Origin: Candidatus Eiseniibacteriota bacterium
GTDB lineage: Bacteria; Joyebacterota; Joyebacteria; Joyebacterales; Joyebacteraceae
Direction of reading: 5' to 3'
DNA: 64,000 bases
Assembly: GCA_043815815.1 (NCBI GenBank)
Contig: JBDRIO010000032.1
Span: 1,350 to 65,349 of the forward strand
Of this stretch, positions 48,062 through 57,689 are shown piece after piece (positions within the stretch are counted from its first letter, which is position 1; the number at the start of each line of letters is the position of its first letter). Both the position numbers and the translations under genes were made by a program. The notes beneath the pieces were generated by a model that was not told the DNA's origin, ran no database searches, and worked only from the letters and a program-made list of their open reading frames with translations.

Positions 48062-49879
48062 ATGCCCGAAGGTGCCTCCTTATCCTCTCGCGACAGGGAG
48101 GGGGAGGCTTTGGGTCCGAAGGTCAGGGAGTCGATCACGAAGTGGCTCTCCGGGGTCATGTACGTCGTGGCGGTCGTGGCCGTCGCCTCGCTGGTCCTGG
48201 AGTACGGGTTCAGCCTGAGCCGCGCGCAGACGGAGCTGCTCCACCTCGTGGATCTGGCCGTCGTCGCCCTGTTCATCCTCGACTCCCTCTTGAGGCTCTC
48301 CCTCGCCAGGCGCAAGCTCGAGTATCTTCGACAGCATTGGCCCTCCTTCGCGATAATGGGTCTCATCATCGCGCAGCTCGCCATCGTCTTCCATCTCCAG
48401 ACACGCGGCTGGATGCCGACCTTCCTCTCGGCGCGCAGCGTCTTCTCCCTCACGAAGGCCTACGTCATAGTCATCCAGGCCTACATCGTCCTTCTCATCA
48501 TCGGCCAGGCCGTGAAGGCCAATCGAGGCATCTCGTCGCTCAGGATCGGACCCGCGCGCACCGTGATGCTGTCCTTCATGTTCATCATCGTGCTGGGCGC
48601 CCTCTTCCTCATGACTCCGCGGGCGACCGGCGACGGCATAGCGGTCGTCGACGCGTTCTTCACGTCGACGACGTCTGTCTGCGTGACCGGTCTCGTCGTG
48701 GTGGACACGGGGAGCTACTTCACCGGGTTCGGGCAGGGCGTCATCCTGGTCCTCATGCAGATCGGCGGCCTCGGGCTCATCACCCTGACGGCCTTCTTCG
48801 CTCTCGTGCTCAGACGCAACCTCGGTGTACGAGAGGGTCTCGTGCTGAGAGGGATGCTGTCGTTCGAGTCGCTGGGCAAGGTCGGCCGAACGCTGCGGTA
48901 CATGATCGGCATCACGCTCCTTCTGGAGGGAGCGGGGGCGGCGGTCCTCTTCGTGCTCACTCGAGACGACTTCGGCAGAACGGGGGAGGCGGCCAGCCGC
49001 GCGGTCTTCCACTCGATCTCGGCGTTCTGCAACGCGGGTCTCTCGCTCTACTCGTCGAGCTTCGAGCGCTACGCCGACAGCGTTCCGTACAACCTCGTCA
49101 TCACTACGCTGATCATCGTGGGCGGTCTCGGTTTCCCGGTGATCATGAACCTCCTGGGCAGGAGGGTCCTCGTTCCCGGACAGCAGCGCGACCGCTCCAG
49201 ATGGTCGCTTCGCTGGTCGCTTCACTCCAAGATCGTGTTGACGATGACGGCGACGCTGCTCGTCGTCGGAACGCTGGGCTTCCTTCTCCTCGAGGGCAAC
49301 GGCATACTGGCGGGGAAGTCCTTCGGGGACAAGCTGCTCGCGTCCTACTTCGCGTCGGTCACCGCGCGCACCGCCGGATTCAACACCGTCAGGACGGCGC
49401 ACCTCGCTCTGCCGTCGCTCTTCATGCTCGCGGTGCTCATGTTCATCGGCGGCTCGCCCGGCGGCACGGCCGGAGGCGTCAAGACGTCGACGTTCGGCAT
49501 CGTGCTCGCGTCGATAGCATCGACCTTCCGCGGCAAGGAACGGGTGGAGCTCTTCAAGCGCCGCGTGCCCGACGCCGCCGTGAGAGAGGCGCTCGTCGTG
49601 GTCGCGATGGGCATCATCGTCGTGGTGGCGGGCACGTTCACACTGCTTCTCGTCGAGGAATTGCCTTTGAGGGACGTGCTCTTTGAGGTAGTCTCTGCCT
49701 TCGGGACGGTGGGCCTCTCCACGGGCGTGACCGCGTCGCTCTCGGCGACGGGCAAGGTCGCGCTCATGCTCATCATGCTGACGGGGCGCATCGGCCCGCT
49801 GACGCTCGCTCTCGCCATCGGGGAGCGGGAAGTGAAACCGCTCTACGATTACCCTCGTGAGAGGGTCGTGATAGGATAG
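48062..49879 (+). CDS. TrkH/KtrB-family potassium transporter with an N-terminal membrane extension of about 155 aa
   Basis: The core begins near ISSLRIGPARTVMLSFMFIIVLGALFLMTP. Selectivity-filter-like motifs are FTSTTSVCVTGL, AFCNAGLSL, VTARTAGFN and AFGTVGLSTG. The exact start is uncertain. Confidence 0.82.
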   Translation: MPEGASLSSRDREGEALGPKVRESITKWLSGVMYVVAVVAVASLVLEYGFSLSRAQTELLHLVDLAVVALFILDSLLRLSLARRKLEYLRQHWPSFAIMGLIIAQLAIVFHLQTRGWMPTFLSARSVFSLTKAYVIVIQAYIVLLIIGQAVKANRGISSLRIGPARTVMLSFMFIIVLGALFLMTPRATGDGIAVVDAFFTSTTSVCVTGLVVVDTGSYFTGFGQGVILVLMQIGGLGLITLTAFFALVLRRNLGVREGLVLRGMLSFESLGKVGRTLRYMIGITLLLEGAGAAVLFVLTRDDFGRTGEAASRAVFHSISAFCNAGLSLYSSSFERYADSVPYNLVITTLIIVGGLGFPVIMNLLGRRVLVPGQQRDRSRWSLRWSLHSKIVLTMTATLLVVGTLGFLLLEGNGILAGKSFGDKLLASYFASVTARTAGFNTVRTAHLALPSLFMLAVLMFIGGSPGGTAGGVKTSTFGIVLASIASTFRGKERVELFKRRVPDAAVREALVVVAMGIIVVVAGTFTLLLVEELPLRDVLFEVVSAFGTVGLSTGVTASLSATGKVALMLIMLTGRIGPLTLALAIGEREVKPLYDYPRERVVIG

Positions 49880-49944
49880 ACGCGAAACCGGGGCCGCGCT
49901 CCCATTCGTGCGGCCCCGACGCCTTTCGGCGGAGGTTTCCCGAC

Positions 49945-50619
49945 ATGAAGCGATTCGCGGTTATCGGGCTGGGACTGCTTGGGCGCACGGTCGCCCGCGA
50001 GCTCTCGGCCCGCGGGTTCGAGGTCATCGCGGTCGACGTCGACGCCGAGCACGTCCAGGCGGTGGCGGACGATGTGACCGTGGCGGTGCGTCTCAACTCC
50101 ACGAACCGGGAGGCTCTGCTCCGTCAGGGCATCGACCAGGTCGACGCCGCGGTCGTCGCGATAGGCGAGAACTTCCAGGCCGCGGTGCTCACCACCGCGC
50201 TCCTCAAGGAGTTCGGGATCAAGCGTGTGGTCTCGCGCGCCGTGACGGAGGAGGAGGCGAAGATCCTCAAGCTCGTAAACGCCGACCAGGTGATCCTGGC
50301 CGAGGAGTGGGTCGCGCGAAGACTGGCGCAGCAGCTCGCGTCACCGAGCCTCCTGGACATGGTCGAGCTGTCGCCGGGGATGAGCCTCGCGAGGATCGAG
50401 GCTTCGCCGGAGATGTGGGGGAAGACGCTCGCGACGCTGAAGTTCAGGCAGCGCTACGGACTCAACGTCGTCGCCGTCATCAAGCCCGAGAACGAGGAGA
50501 GGGAGTCACCCGTGACGCTCCTGCCCGACCCGGAGGCCATGATCGAGGAGGGAGACGTTCTGCTCGTCGACGGCCCTGACGACGCGATCGAGACGCTCGC
50601 CGCGGGCGACACCGTCTGA
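49945..50619 (+). CDS. TrkA/KtrA-type RCK regulatory subunit (TrkA-N + TrkA-C)
   Basis: MKRFAVIGLGLLGRTVARELSARGFEVIAVD (Rossmann GxGxxG), plus a C-terminal TrkA-C domain (GKTLATLKFRQRYGLNVVAV). Confidence 0.85.
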   Translation: MKRFAVIGLGLLGRTVARELSARGFEVIAVDVDAEHVQAVADDVTVAVRLNSTNREALLRQGIDQVDAAVVAIGENFQAAVLTTALLKEFGIKRVVSRAVTEEEAKILKLVNADQVILAEEWVARRLAQQLASPSLLDMVELSPGMSLARIEASPEMWGKTLATLKFRQRYGLNVVAVIKPENEERESPVTLLPDPEAMIEEGDVLLVDGPDDAIETLAAGDTV

Positions 50620-50643
50620 GGCAGGTCCCCGCGCGGAGGATGA

Positions 50644-51939
50644 ATGAGGAAGCGCTACTACATCGAGAACGTCAGCGACTACGTGGGCTCCGAGGTCACG
50701 TTCGAGGGCTGGCTCGCGGGCAAGCGGTCGAGCGGGAAGATCGTCTTCCTGCAGCTACGTGACGGCACGGGATTCATGCAGTGCGTGGCGAGCCGCGCCG
50801 ACATCGGGGACGAGGCGTTCGAGGCCGCCGACGCCCTGACGCAGGAGTCCTCACTCAGGGTGACAGGGACGGTGTCGGAGGACGCCCGGGCCCCGGGCGG
50901 TCACGAGCTCTCGGTGACGCGCATCGACATCGTGCACGTCGCGGAGGAGTACCCGATCACGCGCAAGGAGCACGGCACGTCGTTCCTGATGGACCACAGA
51001 CATCTGTGGATCAGGTCGTCGCGCCAGTTCGCCGCGCTTCGCATCCGCGCGACCGTCATCGCGGCCGCGAGGAACTACCTCGACTCGCTGGGGTTCCTGT
51101 GTCTCGATACTCCCATTCTGACTCCCGCCGTCTGCGAGGGAACGACCACGCTCTTCGAGACGACGTACTTCGGAGAGAGCGCCTATCTGGGCCAGAGCGG
51201 GCAGCTCTACAACGAAGCGACGGCCATGGCGTTCGGCAAGGTCTACTGCTTCGGCCCCTCTTTCCGCGCAGAGAAGGCGAAGACCCGGCGGCACCTCATC
51301 GAGTTCTGGCAGATAGAGCCGGAGATCGCGTACGCCGACCTGGACGACGTGATGGACATCGAGGAGGGGCTCGTCTCCTTCATGGTTGCGGAGGTCGTGC
51401 GGACGCGCCTGCCTGAGCTCGGGATACTCGAACGGGACGTCGACGTACTTCGCAGAGTAGAACCCCCGTTCCCCAGGATCACCTACACTGAGGCCGTCGA
51501 GATGCTCAACGGCGCGGGGCATGCGTTCGTGTGGGGCGGGGACTTCGGGGCGGAGGACGAGACGGTTCTCTCGAAGCTGTTCGACAGGCCGGTCCTGGTT
51601 CACAGGTACCCGCGAGAGATCAAGCCGTTCTACATGGAGGACGACCCCGCGAATCCCGACGTGACCATGTCGGTCGACATGCTGGCCCCTGAGGGGTACG
51701 GCGAGATCGTGGGTGGCGGGCAGCGTCTGACGGACGTCGGGAAGCTCTCCGAGCGCATCGACGCCGAAGGGATGACCCGAGAGGACTACGAGTGGTACAT
51801 GGACCTTCGCAGATACGGCTCGGTCCCGCACGGGGGCTTCGGGCTCGGCATCGAACGGTTCGTGACCTGGGTGTGCGGGCTGCCGCACATCAGGGAGGCG
51901 ATCCCGTTCCCGAGGATGCTCCAGAGGCTGAGGCCGTAG
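50644..51939 (+). CDS. asnS: asparagine--tRNA ligase (compact class IIb type)
   Basis: OB-fold N-terminus (GWLAGKRSSGKIVFLQLRDGTG). FRAEKAKTRRHLIEFWQIEPEIAYADL is the AsnRS-type motif 2, and GGFGLGIERFVTWV is motif 3. Confidence 0.82.
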   Translation: MRKRYYIENVSDYVGSEVTFEGWLAGKRSSGKIVFLQLRDGTGFMQCVASRADIGDEAFEAADALTQESSLRVTGTVSEDARAPGGHELSVTRIDIVHVAEEYPITRKEHGTSFLMDHRHLWIRSSRQFAALRIRATVIAAARNYLDSLGFLCLDTPILTPAVCEGTTTLFETTYFGESAYLGQSGQLYNEATAMAFGKVYCFGPSFRAEKAKTRRHLIEFWQIEPEIAYADLDDVMDIEEGLVSFMVAEVVRTRLPELGILERDVDVLRRVEPPFPRITYTEAVEMLNGAGHAFVWGGDFGAEDETVLSKLFDRPVLVHRYPREIKPFYMEDDPANPDVTMSVDMLAPEGYGEIVGGGQRLTDVGKLSERIDAEGMTREDYEWYMDLRRYGSVPHGGFGLGIERFVTWVCGLPHIREAIPFPRMLQRLRP

Positions 51940-51980
51940 GAGCGGAGGATGCTCCAGAGGTCGAGGCCGTGGCGGTGGGC

Positions 51981-51997
51981 GCCCGCCGTTGGCGGGC
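51981..51997. terminator. hairpin between convergent asnS and glnA
   Basis: GCCCGCC-GTT-GGCGGGC (51981-51997), abutting the glnA stop codon. Confidence 0.4.
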
Positions 51998-53460
51998 TAG
52001 CAGTCGAAGTACAGGCCGTACTCCGAAGGGTGCGGATGGCGGCGCACCGACTCCACCTCGCGCCGCTTGATCTCCGTCCACGTCGGCACGAACTCCGCAG
52101 GGAATATCCCAGAGTCAGCCAGGAACGCCCCGTCTCGCGACAGCTCCGCGAGCGCCTCCTCGAGCGAGGATGGGAGAGGAGCGATCCTCGCGCGCAGCCC
52201 GTTCCCGAGCTCGTGGATGTTCTCGTCGAACGGGCCGAACCCGCTCTCCTTCGGGTCGATCTTCCGTTCCATACCGTCCAGGCCGGCCGCCAGGAGGGCC
52301 GCCATGGCGAGGTAGGGGTTCGCGGTCGCGTCGCCAGGCCGGTACTCGACCGTCAGGGTCTCGGGCTCGGTGGCGTACTGAGGGATCCTTATCGCGGCGC
52401 TGCGGTTCCCCGCAGAGAAGAAAAGGTTCGTGGGCGCCTCGTGTCCGGACCGCAGGCGGCGGTAGGAGTTCGTTGCCGCGTTCGTCACGGCCGACAGAGC
52501 GCGTCCGTGAGTGAGTATCCCGCCGATGAAGGAGAGACCCTCGCGCGACAGGCCGGCGTACCCGTCCTCGCCATGCAGAACCGGGCGACCGCCAAGCTCG
52601 AGCTTGATGTGGAAGTGGAGGCCGCTGCCTGCCTCGTCCGCCAGCGGCTTCGGCATGAACGTCGCCGCGGCGCCCCACTCGAAGGCCGTGTTCCTGACGA
52701 CGTACTTGCCGAGCATGACGTGGTCGGCGGACCGAACGAGCGGCTCGGCAAGAAGCTCGATCTCGACCTGGCCGGGAGCTCCGTTCTCGTGGTGGTGGTA
52801 CTTGACGGGGATGCCTGCCTCCTGCATCCGCGCCACCATCTCGTTCCTCAGGTCGAAGTGCATGTCGCACGGGGGAACGGCATGGTATCCGCGGCCCGGC
52901 TGTATCCGATATCCCAGGCAGCCCTCGGAGTCCTCCTGGCCTACCCATCCGACCTCGTCCGACTCCACCTGGTAGAACGCCCCGGATCCGGCCTCGCCGT
53001 AGTCGACCGACGAGAAGACGTAGAACTCGAGTTCGGGACTCCACAGGCTCGCGTCGGCGTGGCCGGACGCCTGAAGGACCTCCTCGGCCCTGCGGGCTAT
53101 GACGCGAGGGTCGAGGGGGAACGGCGCCTTGGTGCCCGCGTCTGCGGCGGACGCCAGAACGGAGACGACGACGCGGTCATCGACCTCATCGACGAGAGCC
53201 GTCATGCGGTCCGGGACGAGGACCATGTCGCCGCGTTCGAGGGTCTTGAAGCCCGGCACGCTTGAGCCGTCGAACCCGATCCCGCGCTCGAAGACGAGGG
53301 GAGAGAAGCTCTGCGCCGGAAGCGTGACGTGGTGCCAGCGCCCAGGAAGGTCGACGAACCTCACGTCGACGAAGTCTGCGCCCGCCCGCACGGCCGCAGC
53401 GAACTCGTCGTTGCTCGCGGTCTCCGCCAGTCCGTCAAGCGCATCGTGTCTCTCGTCCAT
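51997..53460 (-). CDS. glnA: glutamine synthetase (type I-like)
   Basis: Start at the internal ATG giving MDERHDALDGL.... FVDVRFVDLPGRWHHVT, FDGSSVPGFKTLERGDMVLVPD, ATFMPKPLADEAGSGLHFH, NSYRRL and IRIP. Confidence 0.9.
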   Translation of the reverse strand: MDERHDALDGLAETASNDEFAAAVRAGADFVDVRFVDLPGRWHHVTLPAQSFSPLVFERGIGFDGSSVPGFKTLERGDMVLVPDRMTALVDEVDDRVVVSVLASAADAGTKAPFPLDPRVIARRAEEVLQASGHADASLWSPELEFYVFSSVDYGEAGSGAFYQVESDEVGWVGQEDSEGCLGYRIQPGRGYHAVPPCDMHFDLRNEMVARMQEAGIPVKYHHHENGAPGQVEIELLAEPLVRSADHVMLGKYVVRNTAFEWGAAATFMPKPLADEAGSGLHFHIKLELGGRPVLHGEDGYAGLSREGLSFIGGILTHGRALSAVTNAATNSYRRLRSGHEAPTNLFFSAGNRSAAIRIPQYATEPETLTVEYRPGDATANPYLAMAALLAAGLDGMERKIDPKESGFGPFDENIHELGNGLRARIAPLPSSLEEALAELSRDGAFLADSGIFPAEFVPTWTEIKRREVESVRRHPHPSEYGLYFDC

Positions 53461-53739
53461 TAGCAGCTCCGCGCGCGGGCGGCAGGCCCGCCGGAAGAAA
53501 CGGGGCGTCGGCCCGTTCCTGGCCCTTCGCCCCTCGTCCCGGGGAACGCGCGTTCCGCCCCCGGACAGTGCTCGAATCCTGCATGTGCCTTCATTGTAGC
53601 GCATCGGAGAGCGCCGGTCAACCTGTTGAGCGAAGCGTCACGCGGGGGAAACCCCTTGACACTCGGCACTTGCGACCGTTAGCCTCGGTGCAGGAGACAC
53701 AACGTGTGGCCGTAGCGCACAGTAGCGTGAGGAGGGAAC

Positions 53740-54486
53740 ATGCGCGCAGGGACCGTAAACCCGACAACGCTGGCCGTCTCACTGTTGGCCGTCCTCGTCT
53801 TCGCGGTCGCCGCCGGCTGCGGCGCGAGCGAGGAGGCGTCTTCGGAGGCGTCGGAGGCCGGGGCGGTCGCCCAGGCGGCGACCGACGTCGATGACAAGGG
53901 CGCGATGGAGGAGAGCGCAGAGGAGGGCAACGAGACCGTGACGGCCACGCTCACCAAGATCGCGGGAGAGAAGGGAAGCGGCGGACCGAGGGAGCAGGTC
54001 GAGGTCGAGTACCTCCCTGCGGGCAAGAAGGTCGCCACGCTCGAGACGACCAAGGGCGTCGTCAGGTTCGAGCTCTGGGAGGACCAGGTGCCGAACACGG
54101 TCATCAACTTCGTGCACCTCGCGAATTCGGGGCGCTATGACGGCGTCGAATTCCACAGGGTCATAGAGGGCTTCATGGCGCAGACCGGCGACGTCGCGCA
54201 TCAGGGCGGCTACGGCGGACCGGGCTACTCGATCCCCGCGGAGTTCAACCCCGAGCTCAAGCACGTCAGAGGCGTCGTGTCGATGGCGCGCTCGCAGGAT
54301 CCGGACTCGGCCGGAAGCCAGTTCTTCATCATGTACGTGAGCCACACCGGCCTGGACGGCCAGTACGCGGCCTTCGGCAAGGTGTTCGAGGGTATGGATG
54401 TGATAGACGCGCTCAACAAGGGTGAGCCGCCGGCGGAGCCGGACAAGATCGTGAAGCTGCGGGTCGCGTCCATTGCCGGGGAGTAG
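53740..54486 (+). CDS. cyclophilin-type peptidyl-prolyl cis-trans isomerase, lipoprotein
   Basis: Lipobox FAVAAGC. FHRVIEGFMAQTGD...VSMARSQDPDSAGSQFFI...FGKVFEGMDVID. Confidence 0.85.
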   Translation: MRAGTVNPTTLAVSLLAVLVFAVAAGCGASEEASSEASEAGAVAQAATDVDDKGAMEESAEEGNETVTATLTKIAGEKGSGGPREQVEVEYLPAGKKVATLETTKGVVRFELWEDQVPNTVINFVHLANSGRYDGVEFHRVIEGFMAQTGDVAHQGGYGGPGYSIPAEFNPELKHVRGVVSMARSQDPDSAGSQFFIMYVSHTGLDGQYAAFGKVFEGMDVIDALNKGEPPAEPDKIVKLRVASIAGE

Positions 54487-54523
54487 CGGAAGCCCGAAGG
54501 AACACTCCGGAGGTCAAAGCAGC

Positions 54524-55153
54524 ATGCGCACATCAAAGGTGTTCCCCGCGACCCTCGTCGCGTTTCTCGTCCTTTCGGTAGGACTCTCGACTCAGGCACC
54601 CGCGCAGGACGTCGACGCGTCCGCGGCGGAGGCGACGGCCCGGATCGAGGAACTGTCTTCTCTCATTGAGCAGGATCCGACCGATGTGGAGTTGCTCATA
54701 GATCTGGGCAACGTCTACTACGAGAACAACATGCTCGACCAGGCGCTCTCGACGTACGAGACGGCGGCCGAGGTAGACTCGACACACGTCGGAGCGAAAC
54801 TCAATCTTGGCTCGCTCCTGGCGGACCTTGGGCAGTTCGAGCGTTCGATCCACGAGCTCAAGACGGCGCTTGAGATGGAGCCCGGGAACGTGCTGGTGGC
54901 GGCGACGCTGGGAAGCGCCTACTACGGACACAGGCAGTACACTCAGGCCGTCGAGATGTACAGGGCGGCTCTCGAGATCGATCCTGAGAACATCGAAGCT
55001 CACTTCAACCTCGGGGTGGCCTTCGCGGACGTTCAGATGTTCGACGAGGCCATTCACGAATGGGAGACGGTCATCGACATCGATGCGGCGAGCCACGCTG
55101 CGGCGATCTCGCGCGAGAACATCGCGATGATCAAGGAGTTCAGGGGCGAGTGA
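54524..55153 (+). CDS. secreted tetratricopeptide-repeat protein
   Basis: Signal peptide MRTSKVFPATLVAFLVLSVGLSTQAPA. Repeated TPR motifs (LGNVYYENNMLDQALSTYETAAEVD; LGSAYYGHRQYTQAVEMYRAALEID). Confidence 0.7.
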   Translation: MRTSKVFPATLVAFLVLSVGLSTQAPAQDVDASAAEATARIEELSSLIEQDPTDVELLIDLGNVYYENNMLDQALSTYETAAEVDSTHVGAKLNLGSLLADLGQFERSIHELKTALEMEPGNVLVAATLGSAYYGHRQYTQAVEMYRAALEIDPENIEAHFNLGVAFADVQMFDEAIHEWETVIDIDAASHAAAISRENIAMIKEFRGE

Positions 55154-55173
55154 TCCTCCCGGGAGGCGTTCAG

Positions 55174-56415
55174 ATGGTGAGAGCACGATTGATCCTGGCG
55201 TTGGCCGTGCTGGCGGTGCTCGCGGTCCTCGCGGGCTGCACGGGCACACTCCCGGTCGACAAGGGGGGCGGCGTCACCACTATCAGCGGATCGACGAGCG
55301 ACGTTACCACCTCGGCCCGGCCGGTAGAAATGTCGCCGGCGCAGAGGAAGGCCAACAACGCCGCGGAGTTCCTTCGCGTCCGGGAGATCGGCAAGGCGAT
55401 AGAGAACTACGAGGCGGCCATAGAACTCGACCCGACGTACGTGGAGTCCTACTACGGGCTCGGCCGCATCTATCTCGTGGAGACCCAGGAGTTCGAGAAG
55501 GCTCTCGAGATGTACGGGCGGGCCCGCGACCACGCCCCCGACGCGGCCTACTCGCACGCCTCGCTGGCTTACGCCTACTTCCTGACCGGCAACTACCAGG
55601 AGTCGGTGCGTGAGTACGTCGAAGCGGTTCAGCTCGACCCCGAGAGCGCGGACAGCTTCCTGAACCTCGGGTACGCGTACGAGAAGATGAACATGGACCT
55701 GGCTGCGCTCAACGCCTACCGGCGTGCGAGCGAGCTGTCGCCGAAGGACGCGAGGCCGTCGCAGCAGCTCGCGCAGCTGTACTACCGCTCGAATCTCTAC
55801 GACCAGGCCATCGGCGCGTACGAGCGGGTGCGAGGGTTCGGAGTGGCGTCGAGCTACACGCTGAAGACGCTGGGTTTCCTCTACATGAAGGTCGGCCGTT
55901 ACCACGAGGCCGAGACGATATTCCTCACGGTGCTTCAGACCGAGCCGAACGACATAGCCGCGCGCGCGAATCTGGCGTCGGTCTACCGTGCCCTGGGCGA
56001 CAACGCCAAGGCGACCGAGCAGTTCGAACACCTCGCGAGCGCGAACCCGGACGACCCCTCGTACATGGGGGCGCTGGCCGACGCGTACAACGAGGCGGGC
56101 CAGTACGGCCTGGCGATCACGACGGCTCAGAGGCTTCTTCAGATCTCGCCGGGGAACGGCAGCGCCTACCTGGCGTGGGCGAAGGCGCTCGAGAAGCAGG
56201 GCCTGTCGCTCGTGGCACAGGGCAAGTCCACGGGGGACGGTGCGTCGTTCGACGCCGCGGTGGCGAAGTACGAGGACGCCATCTCGAAGCTCGAGCGGGC
56301 CAGGGGCGATGCCCAGTGGCGCTCTCAGGCCTCGAGAGAGATCGAGCGTCAGAACAGCTTGATCGAGATCGCGCAGAACGAGAAGCTCAGGAAGATCTGG
56401 GACAGCGGGGAATAG
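55174..56415 (+). CDS. tetratricopeptide-repeat lipoprotein
   Basis: Lipobox LAVLAGC, followed by about eight TPR units (YYGLGRIYLV...; LGYAYEKMNMDLAALNAYRRASEL...). Confidence 0.7.
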   Translation: MVRARLILALAVLAVLAVLAGCTGTLPVDKGGGVTTISGSTSDVTTSARPVEMSPAQRKANNAAEFLRVREIGKAIENYEAAIELDPTYVESYYGLGRIYLVETQEFEKALEMYGRARDHAPDAAYSHASLAYAYFLTGNYQESVREYVEAVQLDPESADSFLNLGYAYEKMNMDLAALNAYRRASELSPKDARPSQQLAQLYYRSNLYDQAIGAYERVRGFGVASSYTLKTLGFLYMKVGRYHEAETIFLTVLQTEPNDIAARANLASVYRALGDNAKATEQFEHLASANPDDPSYMGALADAYNEAGQYGLAITTAQRLLQISPGNGSAYLAWAKALEKQGLSLVAQGKSTGDGASFDAAVAKYEDAISKLERARGDAQWRSQASREIERQNSLIEIAQNEKLRKIWDSGE

Positions 56416-56461
56416 CCGGGGCGCGCGCACGGGACCTGTCCTCGATTCGACCGCACGCGAA

Positions 56462-56489
56462 GGCGGCCGGCCGGCTACGGCCGGCCGCC
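56462..56489 (+). terminator. perfect 12-bp GC hairpin after the TPR genes
   Basis: GGCGGCCGGCCG-GCTA-CGGCCGGCCGCC (56462-56489). No clear U-tract. Confidence 0.5.
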
Positions 56490-56510
56490 TCGTGCGATGG
56501 GAGACGGACG

Positions 56511-57689
56511 GTGGAGAGGATCTACCTGGATCACAACGCGACGACGCCGACCGACCCGCGGGTCGTCGAGGCGATGCTCCCGTACTTCACTCGCGCCTTC
56601 GGGAACCCTTCGAGCGCCTACACGCCGGCGCAGGAGACGCGCGCGGCCGTCGAGGAGTCCCGGGCCGCGGTGGCGGCGGCCATCGGATGCCAGCCCCGCT
56701 GCGTCGTGTTCACGAGCGGCGGCTCGGAATCCGACAACATGGCGATCAAAGGAGTGGCGCTGGGACGGTTCGCGTCCGGCGGCCACATCGTTACCACCAA
56801 GATCGAGCATCACGCCGTCCTGCACACGTGCCAGTACGTGCGCGACAGGCTGGGCTTCGACGTGACGTTCCTGGACGTCGACGCGAGCGGCCGAGTTGAT
56901 TCGGATGCGGTCGCGTCCGCGTGCAGAGAGGACACGGTTCTCATAACCGTCATGCAGGCCAACAACGAGACGGGCGTCGTGGAGCCGATCAAGGAGATCG
57001 CGAGCGTGGGGCGCGAGCGCGGCATCCTGGTTCACACGGACGCCGTGCAGGCGGTGGGGAAGATGGAGGTCGACGTCGATGACCTGGGTGTCGATCTGCT
57101 CTCGCTGTCGGCGCACAAGCTCTACGGTCCGAAGGGCATGGGAGCGCTCTACGTGAGGCCGGGCACGACGCTCGACCCGCTCGCGCACGGGGGAAGCCAC
57201 GAACGCGGCATGAGAGCGGGCACCGAGAACGTGCCGGGCATCGTGGGCCTGGCGACGGCCGTGACGATAGCGACCGCGGGTCTCGGACCGGAGAGGGCCC
57301 GCCTGACAGCCCTCACGGAGCGCCTCGAGCGGGGCGTCGAGGAGCGAATCCCCGAGGTGACGATACACTCCAGGGGGACCGTGAGGATAGCCGGCACCTC
57401 GAACATCGCGTTTCACTACGTCGAGGGAGAGAGCATCGTGCTCGCGCTCGACATGGAAGGCATGGCGGTCTCGACCGGCTCGGCGTGCACGACGGACTCG
57501 GCGGAGCCCTCTCACGTCCTCTCGGCCATGGGGGTCGCCCCCAACGTCGCGCAGGGTTCGGTTCGCTTCGGCCTCGGCAGGCACACGTCGGAAGCGCAGA
57601 TCGACAGGCTCCTCTCGGTGCTCCCCGGGGTCGTGGAGAGGCTGCGCGCGATGTCTCCGCTCTACAGACAGCCGGACGGGCGGGCATGA
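56511..57689 (+). CDS. cysteine desulfurase, NifS/IscS family
   Basis: GTG start. RIYLDHNATTP, FTSGGSESDN, SLSAHKLYGPKGMGALY (PLP Lys), GTENVPGIVG and STGSACTT (active-site Cys). Confidence 0.9.
   Translation: MERIYLDHNATTPTDPRVVEAMLPYFTRAFGNPSSAYTPAQETRAAVEESRAAVAAAIGCQPRCVVFTSGGSESDNMAIKGVALGRFASGGHIVTTKIEHHAVLHTCQYVRDRLGFDVTFLDVDASGRVDSDAVASACREDTVLITVMQANNETGVVEPIKEIASVGRERGILVHTDAVQAVGKMEVDVDDLGVDLLSLSAHKLYGPKGMGALYVRPGTTLDPLAHGGSHERGMRAGTENVPGIVGLATAVTIATAGLGPERARLTALTERLERGVEERIPEVTIHSRGTVRIAGTSNIAFHYVEGESIVLALDMEGMAVSTGSACTTDSAEPSHVLSAMGVAPNVAQGSVRFGLGRHTSEAQIDRLLSVLPGVVERLRAMSPLYRQPDGRA

Noticed and set aside
53461-53739. An expected sigma-54 promoter or glutamine riboswitch in the 279-nt glnA upstream region.
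   Set aside because: I read the minus strand for GG-N10-GC elements and for the glnA-RNA motif core and found no match with correct spacing. GGCAC at 53668-53672 is on the plus strand and is followed directly by TTGC, with no spacer.
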